Shown piece by piece: positions 19,051-28,124 of a stretch of 43,893 nucleotides of DNA. The position numbers and the translations under genes were made by a program. The notes beneath the pieces are model-generated. The model made no database searches, had not been told where the DNA came from, and was given only the letters and a program-made list of their open reading frames with translations. Where the stretch lies: the IMG/VR virus record IMGVR_UViG_3300033149_003492, positions 1-43,893 of that record. One strand, written 5' to 3'. Numbering within the stretch: position 1 is the first letter of the stretch; every line of letters starts with the position of its first letter. Source of the stretch: a virus. Taxonomy: Duplodnaviria; Caudoviricetes.

Positions 19051-19232
19051 AAGCAATTAAGTTGTTAGCGGGCATGGTTATTGAGGCGGTGGGGATCTAC
19101 GTCTTGGCAGGCATCGTCGCATCATGGGGGCTTCAAGCCCTCGCAATGCACGGCCACACCTGCCCACGATTGTCGTGGTTCCTGTCGGCGTTTTTCGAGC
19201 CGTTTTTTATCACCGTCTTCGGCATATGGTGA
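19047..19232 (+). CDS. Small membrane protein
   Basis: Two hydrophobic stretches and an SD. Confidence 0.6.
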   Translation: MKAIKLLAGMVIEAVGIYVLAGIVASWGLQALAMHGHTCPRLSWFLSAFFEPFFITVFGIW

Positions 19233-19246
19233 GGGGGGGGGCTGAC

Positions 19247-19492
19247 ATGACTGAGTGTTACCGGCTCCCGACACCGCCAGCAGGGGCCTCGGCCTTGGTG
19301 AGGCGGGCCTACACCGAGGGGTTATACGCCGCGGCCGAGCACTATTGTGGCACGGCGACTGACAAGCGCATGTTGCGGCGCGGGGTACGTCGGGGCGATC
19401 TACACTACGGCCCTGACCCGAACAAGCCCGACGCACCGGGGTGGCGGCAGTGGACACCTATAGCGATAATAGAGGAGGCAATACATGACTGA
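19247..19492 (+). CDS. Hypothetical protein
   Basis: Start MTECY after a poly-G SD, overlapping the next start. Confidence 0.55.
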   Translation: MTECYRLPTPPAGASALVRRAYTEGLYAAAEHYCGTATDKRMLRRGVRRGDLHYGPDPNKPDAPGWRQWTPIAIIEEAIHD

Positions 19493-19799
19493 GCGCTCGT
19501 CGTTTCTGAGCCAACGCATCCGGCAATATCGTATCGACCACAACCGTCCGCCGCCGTCGTCGGTCATTGACCAGTGGCTGGCGGAGTGTGATCAGATACG
19601 AGAGACCTGGCTGAGCACTCGCGACGTAGCTGTCCGCTACGGCCGGACACCACAAAACGTTGCTAGGTGGTGCCGCCTCGGTCTCTTGCCGGGCGCGATC
19701 AACCTGGGTAGTCGTCGGTGGTACATTCCGCCGGAGGCGCTAGATGGCTTTCGGGTTCCGGTATCGGGGCCGAGGCCAAGAGGGGGAAGGGAGAGATGA
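19485..19799 (+). CDS. Excisionase/MerR-like HTH DNA-binding protein
   Basis: WLSTRDVAVRYGRTPQNVARWCRLGLLPGA...RWYIP.EAL motif. Confidence 0.8.
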   Translation: MTERSSFLSQRIRQYRIDHNRPPPSSVIDQWLAECDQIRETWLSTRDVAVRYGRTPQNVARWCRLGLLPGAINLGSRRWYIPPEALDGFRVPVSGPRPRGGRER

Positions 19800-20062
19800 G
19801 TAACGCAGAGAGAGGCATCTCTGACCAGGAGTGGGACATCCTCGGTCGGTATGCGTGGCGTCGTTTCGGCTGGCTTCTTCTACACCGACCACGGGTGCCG
19901 TGGGCCGAGCTGTACAAGGAGGCGGCTGATTGGGCGGTTCGGCAGATCAGCGGCGATGCTGACCCAGGGTCACAGCGCCAGCGCAACCTACGTACAGAGC
20001 TCGCCTATCGCCTAGAGATCGCTTGGATGGAGCCCTACGCAAACTCACTTCACTACCATTAG
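19796..20062 (+). CDS. Hypothetical protein
   Basis: ATGA coupling and SD. Confidence 0.6.
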   Translation: MSNAERGISDQEWDILGRYAWRRFGWLLLHRPRVPWAELYKEAADWAVRQISGDADPGSQRQRNLRTELAYRLEIAWMEPYANSLHYH

Positions 20063-20072
20063 GGGGGGGGAC

Positions 20073-20345
20073 ATGACCGAACTAGAGCAAGTCACTCAGT
20101 ATATGTCTGAGCGACAAAGATGGTACTTGGAGGAACTACTGGGCTATCCCCAGCTAGAAATCGAGCGCACCTACTACAACTTCTACTGCCAGCAGTTGTG
20201 GGTGATACGTGAAACGGGGAAGGAGAACCCGGACTTGAGCCGTGCCCTAGACAGACTAGAGCGAGTTATGAGTCCCTTTCACGCTCGCTTTCTCCGTGCC
20301 GTGGCCAAGGAGAGGAGGGAGGACAATGGGACTCCTAGTGGGTGA
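20073..20345 (+). CDS. Hypothetical protein
   Basis: Poly-G SD and tight packing. Confidence 0.6.
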   Translation: MTELEQVTQYMSERQRWYLEELLGYPQLEIERTYYNFYCQQLWVIRETGKENPDLSRALDRLERVMSPFHARFLRAVAKERREDNGTPSG

Positions 20346-20577
20346 CGTAGTAGTGCATCGTAGAGAGCAAACTTTGTGGCTTATAGCCAGCATAGACCCC
20401 GAGGGGATGACGGTTCTACACGGTCTCGACGGGTCCGAGTCGGAGATACACTTACCGACCTATGCTTGGAGCGAGCCGATAGCTGGCGGCGTACCTATTT
20501 TCGACAGGCTATTCAAGTTTGGCTGGCATAAGCCTGACGAAAACTGGGAGCGAATAAGAGAGGAGGGCTTGACATGA
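20326..20577 (+). CDS. Hypothetical protein (SH3-like pattern possible)
   Basis: SD GGAGG and LLVGDVVVHR N-terminus. Confidence 0.55.
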   Translation: MGLLVGDVVVHRREQTLWLIASIDPEGMTVLHGLDGSESEIHLPTYAWSEPIAGGVPIFDRLFKFGWHKPDENWERIREEGLT

Positions 20578-20921
20578 CCGAGGAACCGACTTTAGAGCAA
20601 TTCGTTGCAACAGTTGCGGATTCCGTTGCAGGTGCCATCGAGAACTTGCGCAACTGGTTTCGGGAAAATCCCGACGCTGACTCTAATGAATGGGTAGATG
20701 TCATTTGCGACTTCGCCGATAACGACACCCCGGCACACTTGAGGGTACACCTGCGCATTGTTGTTGACAACTGTGGTGAGATTAGCATGGTGATAGTGGA
20801 ACCATCGCTAGTTGCGCCCCACGAGGCGTCCCCCGCCGAAGCCGCACAGCTCGCGGTCTTTGAGCGTCTACTTGAGCGGCTTAGGCAGGAGTGGGAGCAG
20901 ATGATGGAGGGTCTGACATGA
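20574..20921 (+). CDS. Ocr-like acidic protein (putative DNA mimic), paralog 1
   Basis: VDVICDFADNDTP...AQLAVFERL..RL resembles T7 Ocr. About 23 D/E versus 7 R and no K. Confidence 0.6.
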   Translation: MTEEPTLEQFVATVADSVAGAIENLRNWFRENPDADSNEWVDVICDFADNDTPAHLRVHLRIVVDNCGEISMVIVEPSLVAPHEASPAEAAQLAVFERLLERLRQEWEQMMEGLT

Positions 20922-21244
20922 CCAAGGAACTGACTCTGAGGCAGCTTGTTGAGGATGCCATTGCCGACCTGCGCGAGTGGCGTCGAGAGAACCCTTGCGC
21001 TGGCGCCAATGAGTACGTAGACGTCATTTGGGACATCGCCGACAGCAGTACGCCAGTCTACTTCTGGCAGTGTTTACGCATTGCAGCCGACAACCTCAGC
21101 GAGATCGGGAGCAGGGTAACAGAGCTAGTCGCGGCTGAAGCATCACCTGCCCATGTTGCGCAGCTCGCGATCTTTGAGTATCTGCGCGAGCGACTTGAGC
21201 AGGAATGGGGACATATGATGGAGGAGGAGTCTATCGAGTCATAA
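20918..21244 (+). CDS. Ocr-like acidic protein (putative DNA mimic), paralog 2
   Basis: VDVIWDIADSSTPVY...AQLAIFEYL..RL resembles T7 Ocr DAIHMAADNAVPHY...LQARIYEQL..DL. About 22 D/E versus 9 K/R. Confidence 0.68.
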   Translation: MTKELTLRQLVEDAIADLREWRRENPCAGANEYVDVIWDIADSSTPVYFWQCLRIAADNLSEIGSRVTELVAAEASPAHVAQLAIFEYLRERLEQEWGHMMEEESIES

Positions 21245-21545
21245 GACAGCGAGCCCCGACAACCGAATACTTGGCGAGGCCCCGGTTGCGGACGCCGGGG
21301 CTTTGCCGTCTACAGCCTCACGTTTTGAGACCTTGCCAGGCGAGCATGAGAGAGTAGCGAAGGGCGTTGAGGCGGTTTGGCATATAGAGACGAATATTTT
21401 GTGGTGCATAAGGCAGTAGGCAGGGAACCGACGGAGCACAGCCCATCGAGAGCGTCGAATCAGATACATATCTACTCCTCTCGCAGCGGGGCTTTGCCGT
21501 CCCCACCCGCCCCAGTCGTCGGCTTCCCCCGCTGGGGTCAGTATA

Positions 21546-22190
21546 TCACGGCTCCTGTTGGGGGGCAACCATGCCCGCTCGTTCCGGGACATAGTAGCCA
21601 CGGCGGGGCATGGTGAGCAGGTAGCGTGGGTGGGTAGGGTCAGGCTCTATGGTCCTACGGATATTCCAGACGTGAGCCCGCACCAGGGCTGAGGTGCCGA
21701 GGCCCAGGGTATAGCCCCAGACCTCTTTGAGGATAGTGCTGGACAGGAGGGGGTTAGGGCTTTCCAGCATGAGGTGGCGGAGGAGGCAGGTTTGGACTGG
21801 TGTTAGGTGGTACTGGCCCTCGGCGGTGGTGACGGTTCCGGTAGCTGGGTGGAGGGTGAGGAGTCCGACGGTGAGGGGGTCTTTACCGACGAGGCGTTGT
21901 TGGGCGTCGGCATCGAGTAGGGAGCCGACTTTGAGGACTTTGTAGGCTTCTTCGGAGTTGCGGACAACAGCAGCCTGGCCGCGCCAAGTGTCGTGCCAGG
22001 CGTGTTGAGCTGGGGTCAGCCTGCCGCCATCGGACTTGACCTCCAAGAGGTAGTTCATTCCCCGGAAGCCACAGAGGAGATCAGGGCACCCGTGGCCGAC
22101 GGGATGGAGAAGAGTAACTGAGACACCGGCTGCTCGGAGGTCGCGCACAATTTCCGCCTGATTTTCATCGACACGAGAAGCATAGCGCAT
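21546..22190 (-). CDS. VRR-NUC-type PD-(D/E)XK nuclease fused to an OmpR/PhoB winged-helix DNA-binding domain
   Basis: N-terminal G.PDLL...LLEVK..GRLTPAQ. C-terminal HLTP...LL..L...ILKEVWGY..LVRAHVWNIRRTIEPDP..PRYLLT..RGY. Confidence 0.85.
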   Translation of the reverse strand: MRYASRVDENQAEIVRDLRAAGVSVTLLHPVGHGCPDLLCGFRGMNYLLEVKSDGGRLTPAQHAWHDTWRGQAAVVRNSEEAYKVLKVGSLLDADAQQRLVGKDPLTVGLLTLHPATGTVTTAEGQYHLTPVQTCLLRHLMLESPNPLLSSTILKEVWGYTLGLGTSALVRAHVWNIRRTIEPDPTHPRYLLTMPRRGYYVPERAGMVAPQQEP

Positions 22191-22256
22191 AGGGCACCTC
22201 CGTAACGTGAAGTAAATTAACGTTTACGCATTTTTTCTTACCGCGTCTAGTTGCGC

Positions 22257-22617
<361 letters not shown>

Positions 22618-22686
22618 CACACACAGAGTAGCGCGACACGCCCCCTGTATAAGAGAGAAAGAAGACGCATTATGTCAACACAACCG

Positions 22687-24081
22687 TCAGGCCAGAGCAT
22701 ACTTCTTGTCATCATAGGTCACCAGGCCCGCGTGCAGCATATCTTGGAGTTGCCGATAGGTGTTCCCCTTGTTCTTTCCCAGCACATCGGCTATCTCCTT
22801 ATTCGTGGACGGCCCCAAGTCCATCAGCACGTCCAGTATCTCCTGCCGGGCATCCGACAGTTTCGGTTCCCCCACCTCTCCATCGCTCTGCCAGCAGCCG
22901 GTCACGGTGTCGAAGCTGAGTTGCAGCTTGCACGGCACCACATCCCGGCCAGTGATAGATAAGATAGTTCCCCGTTTTCCCGGCAACCGGTACAACCCCC
23001 ACAACGTATCAGGTACAGCGGCTTTAGCCGTGCTTCCCAGGATGTCCTCGACAGCATCGTAAACATCCCCCCGACTCTTGCGCAGATGATCTATGAGCAT
23101 GACGCATATATTGAGACGGTTGGCGACTTCGCTCAGCGGGGCCAGCGCATCGGTCATCTCGTTGACTTTGCCCTGGTCGCCTCGGAACGCCCTACTGAAC
23201 GTATCTATCACGCAGAACGTGTAGCCCTCGCTTTCTATCTTGTGGGCCAGCCTAGCCACCTCGTCCAGTTTCAGATCCCCCAACTGATCCAGGAACCTGT
23301 CGATGGTCAGGAACTCCGCATCCACGTATGGCGGCCAGTTCTGCATCTGCATTCTCTGTTTCAGCCGTCGGGCCGGGTCTTCCAGGGTCAGCATGAGGCT
23401 CTTGCCTTGAGGCACCTGCTTTCCCAGCACAACGCCCCCACTGCCGACGGAGGCTGCTATTTGCAGGGATAGCCAGGACTTTCCGACCTTGGGCCGTCCG
23501 GCCAGGATCGTTAGGCCCGCAGGCAGATATTCAGGGATGATCCAATGTGGTTCGGGCCAGTCGATGGCCATAATCATGTCGGCGGTCATGGTCTCAATGA
23601 TGCGGGGCTTATCGGCCCGGGAGTGCAGGTTGAGGGCCTGCCATCTCTCCTCGGCCTCACGGCACAATTCGCCTGAGGTGCCTTTGTGCCCATACGCCAA
23701 TTTCGCCAGGTCTCCGGTGCCTTTGAGCAACCTGCGTTGGAGGGCGCGGGTTACGATGGTGCGGGCGTAGGAGGCGGCGTGGACGCTGCTAGAGCAGCGG
23801 CTGATGAGCTTGGTCAGGGAGGCTGCGCCGCCCACCCTCTCCAACCTCCCCTGTTGCCGAAGCTCGCCGACGACCAGGACATAATCCACGTCCTGGTCTT
23901 TTTCTGCCAGCGAGCTTATGGCCTGGTAGATGGCGCCCAGGTCTTGGCGGTAGAAGTCGGTATAGTGTAGGTGGGCGGCCCGGACTCGCTCTAAAGCATC
24001 GGGGTCTATCAGCAGCGAGCCGATGACGGCTTCCTCAGCCTCCCGATCCCATGGTGGTTCTGCTTGAACGGAGCGAGCCAT
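22687..24081 (-). CDS. Replicative helicase: DnaB N-terminal domain + RepA/AAA_25 ATPase + C-terminal HTH
   Basis: PP.DREAEEAVIGSLL, GLTILAGRPKVGKS Walker A, VIDTF Walker B, IDHLRK, and C-terminal TNKEIADVLGK. Confidence 0.9.
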   Translation of the reverse strand: MARSVQAEPPWDREAEEAVIGSLLIDPDALERVRAAHLHYTDFYRQDLGAIYQAISSLAEKDQDVDYVLVVGELRQQGRLERVGGAASLTKLISRCSSSVHAASYARTIVTRALQRRLLKGTGDLAKLAYGHKGTSGELCREAEERWQALNLHSRADKPRIIETMTADMIMAIDWPEPHWIIPEYLPAGLTILAGRPKVGKSWLSLQIAASVGSGGVVLGKQVPQGKSLMLTLEDPARRLKQRMQMQNWPPYVDAEFLTIDRFLDQLGDLKLDEVARLAHKIESEGYTFCVIDTFSRAFRGDQGKVNEMTDALAPLSEVANRLNICVMLIDHLRKSRGDVYDAVEDILGSTAKAAVPDTLWGLYRLPGKRGTILSITGRDVVPCKLQLSFDTVTGCWQSDGEVGEPKLSDARQEILDVLMDLGPSTNKEIADVLGKNKGNTYRQLQDMLHAGLVTYDDKKYALA

Positions 24082-24156
24082 TTACCTATCCTGTCCATGA
24101 TGATGAGGAGCTCAAGTATACCACAGGAGTAAGCCTAGTTCTAGTTGGCCTACCCC

Positions 24157-24426
24157 CTACTCCTCGGGGCTCGTCTCATGCGCCGGTACTAGCTCCCAAG
24201 AGACGACCTTCTCTTTAGGAACCACTATCTCACCCTCGATTATAATGGCCGCACCGCCGCTGGTACGAAACCAGTAGTTGGGATCACGAGACGGGACTTT
24301 GGAGTGAAACCAACATCCTTGATAGCCCCTTCCTGGAGGCTGAGAGAGCCGCGTGATGAGAGAGGGCTTATCCAAGCCCTCCACGTTCACGTCTCCGTCC
24401 TCGGTGATACTGATAACGAAAAACAT
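24157..24426 (-). CDS. Hypothetical protein
   Basis: Start MFFVISITEDGD after a GGAG SD. Confidence 0.6.
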   Translation of the reverse strand: MFFVISITEDGDVNVEGLDKPSLITRLSQPPGRGYQGCWFHSKVPSRDPNYWFRTSGGAAIIIEGEIVVPKEKVVSWELVPAHETSPEE

Positions 24427-24431
24427 CGTCG

Positions 24432-24581
24432 CTACTCCAATCCCAACGCTGCTAGAAATACACCCACGAACCCCAGGGTGAATAGGGCAGCCGCGACGCA
24501 AAGCACCAGGAATAGCTGAGCCAGGACGAGGCCAATGCCCAGCCGAAAGCCGTCGCCTACCGTCAATTGTTTCTTCTCCAT
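24432..24581 (-). CDS. Small membrane protein (49 aa)
   Basis: Below the ORF-track cut-off. SD AAGGAG, reads MEKKQLTVGDGFRLGIGLVLAQLFLV.. Confidence 0.55.
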   Translation of the reverse strand: MEKKQLTVGDGFRLGIGLVLAQLFLVLCVAAALFTLGFVGVFLAALGLE

Positions 24582-24596
24582 CTCACTCTCCTTCTT

Positions 24597-25037
24597 CTAA
24601 GAGCTTGAACAGATAGTCGATCCATATACCATGTTCGCCACAGGGGGGAACAGAAAGAAGATACCGTATTTGATGAGCAACGCTCGAAACTTGGCGTAGC
24701 TAGTGCCTGCCATAATTGAGAGGAAGGTTTTGGGCGGCGACAGTTCTGTATCCATAAATCGTAGCCAAGGAACGGCTCCGTTATTTATATCCTTTACTGA
24801 CCACGGGCTGTTGGGGTAGTTTTCATCAGCGGGGGTTCTTATACATGTGGTAAAAGGGTTGACAAATATTGCCACCTGAAATAGCTCATAGCTTCGGCCC
24901 CCACGTGGGGGATAGGGGTCTCCTGCATTGTGTTCATAGGGTGCATCATTCCAGTCGTCGCCCCATTGGTTGGCAAAATCCGTAGTGAACCAAACTATAG
25001 GCAATTTCACATAGCACAGTTTCGCTTTTTCGTTCAT
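24597..25037 (-). CDS. Conserved phage hypothetical protein
   Basis: QWGDDWNDAPYEHNAG.P motif and SD AAGGAG. Confidence 0.75.
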   Translation of the reverse strand: MNEKAKLCYVKLPIVWFTTDFANQWGDDWNDAPYEHNAGDPYPPRGGRSYELFQVAIFVNPFTTCIRTPADENYPNSPWSVKDINNGAVPWLRFMDTELSPPKTFLSIMAGTSYAKFRALLIKYGIFFLFPPVANMVYGSTICSSS

Positions 25038-25235
25038 GTCCTTGCTCCTTAAGCTGGCGATTCCTCAATCCTGCCCCGCGCATCCCCACAAGGTTTGACT
25101 AGACCAAGCCTTATGGGTGCACCGCCCCCAACACCTTGACCAGCAGCGTCCTCCCCGCATCCCACCCCCAGTAGTGGGCCATGCCGAACAGGAACCCGCT
25201 GGCGACGATGAACACGAACCAGCCCACAGCCTCAG

Positions 25236-25529
25236 TTAGGTCGCGTCGCATATCTCCTCCTGAGATACCTCTACTATGAGGGGCCGCCCCTCCTCGGCCA
25301 GTGTATAGTCTTGCGCTGTCAACGGCTTACCCTCAGTTGCAATTGGCTCTATTAGGCCCTGCCGCAAGAGAGAATGAAAGCTCTGGTAGGCTTTGGGGGG
25401 CAAGTGTGTCGTTTGTTTTCCAGGAAAGAAGAGGATGCTTGTACGTCCTCTTCGCAGCGGACTGCCAACTTGGGCCATGAGAGCCAATAGCTCGCGCTCT
25501 TCCCCGGTCAACCGCCTCTCCTCAGTCAT
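25236..25529 (-). CDS. Hypothetical protein (wHTH-like)
   Basis: SLLRQGLIE..YTL.EEG pattern. Confidence 0.55.
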   Translation of the reverse strand: MTEERRLTGEERELLALMAQVGSPLRRGRTSILFFPGKQTTHLPPKAYQSFHSLLRQGLIEPIATEGKPLTAQDYTLAEEGRPLIVEVSQEEICDAT

Positions 25530-25613
25530 TCCTCAGCTCTTTGATAATGCCGGGATAAACACCCCTGTGTCTGCCAGACGGCCTCGGCCAAGCTGCGTTT
25601 CACGACCCCTCCC

Positions 25614-26003
25614 TCAAAAAAAAGTCCCTTTCAATTCTTCTATGCCCAGCAAGTCTTCCACGGGTTCAGGAGGAGTTAATGGTAGCAACGACTTGTCTGG
25701 ACAGGAGGCACATATCTTCGTAAGTTCCTCCAGGCTTTTTCCACGCCCCCCAAAAAGGGCCATGAGCCACTCTGTTGCGGCGGAACCATGGGTTTCATTG
25801 ACATGTAGTATCGCGGCTAGAAGAACAGCGTTTTTAGCATCTCGCTCCTCAATCAACATCCCGAAGACAGAGTATCTATCTGTCTTAGCATTGGCAGCCC
25901 ACTTCCCATAAAGCTCCCCGAAGGATGTCCATTCGTCTTTCTTGGGCCGGCAACTTTGTAGAGCGTCAATTGTGACCAGCATAACGTTATCGAGTTTACG
26001 CAT
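25614..26003 (-). CDS. Hypothetical protein
   Basis: SD GAGGGAG before MRKLDN. Confidence 0.6.
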   Translation of the reverse strand: MRKLDNVMLVTIDALQSCRPKKDEWTSFGELYGKWAANAKTDRYSVFGMLIEERDAKNAVLLAAILHVNETHGSAATEWLMALFGGRGKSLEELTKICASCPDKSLLPLTPPEPVEDLLGIEELKGTFF

Positions 26004-26274
26004 GGCTATTCTCCCTCTGTTGTGTCCTCCGTGTGTTCTTCTCATACCACTTGCAATCGGCCACGCAGCCCCACTCCCAATCACTAGCCAGGCCACTGTA
26101 TTCACCAACTATGAGACCTAGTTTGGCGCACTCATACATACTTGAGCCATCGGCATATGCTCTTGGCCGGAGGTGAACGCAGTCTGTCCTCGGAGACTGG
26201 CTGTTACCAGCGACAACATCGACTACCGCCTTCATTTTTTCCTCGAACTCGCTTCGCTCCATTCGCCCACTCAC
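25996..26274 (-). CDS. Cys-rich hypothetical protein
   Basis: Four Cys residues and operon packing. Confidence 0.5.
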   Translation of the reverse strand: MSGRMERSEFEEKMKAVVDVVAGNSQSPRTDCVHLRPRAYADGSSMYECAKLGLIVGEYSGLASDWEWGCVADCKWYEKNTRRTQQRENSHA

Positions 26275-26287
26275 TCTTCATCTCCTC

Positions 26288-26581
26288 TCATTCTCTCGCT
26301 ATACGTATCTCTTCCACGCACCACCCACAAAGCTCCTCTGTGCCCGGTGGTGCTTCGTCGAGTATCACCTGACAGCGCAGGCAGAGCCGTCGTCCTCGAT
26401 GCTCGAAACGCTTGTACTTCCGGCCCCTCACTTTGACGCCCATTCCCTTTAGAATGCTGCGAACCTGGCCGGGCCGCAAGCCCAAAACCCTACCTATGGC
26501 GATACACCCGAAGCCGTCGAGGTAGAAACGACGCGCCTTCTGCGCCGTCGTCTCGTTGGTTCTCATGCTTGGCTGGCGCAC
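26288..26581 (-). CDS. HTH + zinc-finger protein
   Basis: IGRVLGL..GQVRSIL helix-turn-helix followed by CLRC..CGWC. Confidence 0.65.
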   Translation of the reverse strand: MRQPSMRTNETTAQKARRFYLDGFGCIAIGRVLGLRPGQVRSILKGMGVKVRGRKYKRFEHRGRRLCLRCQVILDEAPPGTEELCGWCVEEIRIARE

Positions 26582-26820
26582 CTGCTTTCGTAGATTAGCT
26601 CACCATTATCCCAGAGAGACAGAACGCATTCTTGCATCAATAGGTCTAGCGGATATGGCTCTGCGTCCAGATAGACACGTGAGATGTCCTCTGCTGTGCC
26701 ACCCAAACAGGCTTTGAGCCTACCGTCTAGGCTGACGAAGGTAAAGGAATAGTCATAATAGTTTTTGAACTGCATCTTTCGGTCGCCGTATCTTTGCATC
26801 ACTTGTTCATAGTTGAGCAT
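26563..26820 (-). CDS. Hypothetical protein
   Basis: SD AAGGAG, YYDYSFTF motif. Confidence 0.6.
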   Translation of the reverse strand: MLNYEQVMQRYGDRKMQFKNYYDYSFTFVSLDGRLKACLGGTAEDISRVYLDAEPYPLDLLMQECVLSLWDNGELIYESRCASQA

Positions 26821-26891
26821 CGTCTCGACTCCTTTCTTCGTCCAGCCACTACGCCTTCCGTTTCCGAGTGGACTGAAGTTTCTGCATCGTT

Positions 26892-27458
26892 TTAGTGTGG
26901 GTCATTTTCCGGCATCCTTTCCAATCCATATACCCAGACCCACGGATTGTCCATCCACCGCGTTCCCCGCTTCTTATGTAACTCGTCCCACCAGTCGGCG
27001 TAGTGCTCTACCCACTCTCCAGGATACCGTAGGACACTTTCCTCTCCGTCGAGGTCAACTAGAACCCCCTCAGCCACCGCGTCCACGTCTCTCATTTCGT
27101 GAAGGCGTTCCGAACGGAATGAAGTGATGCGTGCATAGTAGCGACAAGCCCAACGGGGCATGAAAATAGCGGGGAGCACGTCTCGTTGCCAATCCCAGAC
27201 ACGTTGCGAAGCGAGCAGGCCGTCAGCTTGATAGACGATCTCACGATCATAGAACATCCCGTCATCGCCTGGAATAGGGTTGGCTTGCAGAGCTTCCCTG
27301 AACCACACTATCGTGCCAATGGAGTATGCAGGTCCTATAACCCCAGTCGCATTCGGAGCTAGTCCGAGTGGCCTCACTAAGCGTCGTGTCTCATGCTTCA
27401 TCCCAGCCTGCCAAGCCCGAATGGAACGCGAGCCCATGGCCATAGGCTTGGCGTTCAT
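26892..27458 (-). CDS. ASCH/PUA-like phage protein
   Basis: GMKHETRR, WFRE, PAIFMPRWACR, ERL, AVAEG, W.DNPWVWVY motifs. Confidence 0.85.
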   Translation of the reverse strand: MNAKPMAMGSRSIRAWQAGMKHETRRLVRPLGLAPNATGVIGPAYSIGTIVWFREALQANPIPGDDGMFYDREIVYQADGLLASQRVWDWQRDVLPAIFMPRWACRYYARITSFRSERLHEMRDVDAVAEGVLVDLDGEESVLRYPGEWVEHYADWWDELHKKRGTRWMDNPWVWVYGLERMPENDPH

Positions 27459-27730
27459 AGCTCCCATGGCTCCTCCTGTGGGGTTTGAGCGGCACATTCG
27501 GCACACAGCTCTTCTTCGTTCAGCGGCTCCCGTTGCCAGAGGTAACAGCTTGTACAGCAGTACCACCCCCGTTTAGCCATCCCCGCAAGAAAGTCGCTTT
27601 TTCTTATGGTGATCGAGTCTTCCCAGCCTAGTAGGAACTCGTCAGGCCAAAAGTCTGTGCATCCCTGAGCGATGATCTTGGCCCATTCGTCGAAAAGCCG
27701 CTCCTGACAATCTTTGCAAAGCTGAATCAT
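27455..27730 (-). CDS. Cys-rich hypothetical protein
   Basis: CKDC, CTSC and CAEC motifs. Stop is coupled to the next start. Confidence 0.5.
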   Translation of the reverse strand: MIQLCKDCQERLFDEWAKIIAQGCTDFWPDEFLLGWEDSITIRKSDFLAGMAKRGWYCCTSCYLWQREPLNEEELCAECAAQTPQEEPWEL

Positions 27731-27767
27731 AATCTGTTCCTTTCTAGTACCGGCAGGAATTTGAGGT

Positions 27768-28124
27768 CTAGCTGGCCTGTGTGCGTTTATCTTCTCGTTC
27801 GGCTGGAGTCTCTCCTTCTCTATCCAGCCATTCCTCAATAGCCTGGCAAATCGACATCGCGGTATGTTGACTTTCCCCGAGGATTTTCTCCATAGCTACG
27901 AGCGCCTGGCCCACATTGGTGTGTGGCGACCAGATCGAACCGCGAGCAGGAGGCCCACCAACAGTTTCTTTGTGGACATCCCCTCCGTGGTGAGTCAGGA
28001 GCATCAGGAATGGGTCGTTGGGGTCTACCCAGCACCTATCCACGAACTCCCAGCCCATGATCTCTCGTGCAATCCTATCGTCCAGTTCTCTCCACTCAGC
28101 TTCTGTGCGCTCAGTCATCGGCAA
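27768..28124 (-). CDS. Phage ABA-sandwich-like protein
   Basis: ELDDRIAREIMGW..WSPHTNVGQA..MEK..ICQA pattern. Confidence 0.65.
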   Translation of the reverse strand: MPMTERTEAEWRELDDRIAREIMGWEFVDRCWVDPNDPFLMLLTHHGGDVHKETVGGPPARGSIWSPHTNVGQALVAMEKILGESQHTAMSICQAIEEWLDREGETPAEREDKRTQAS

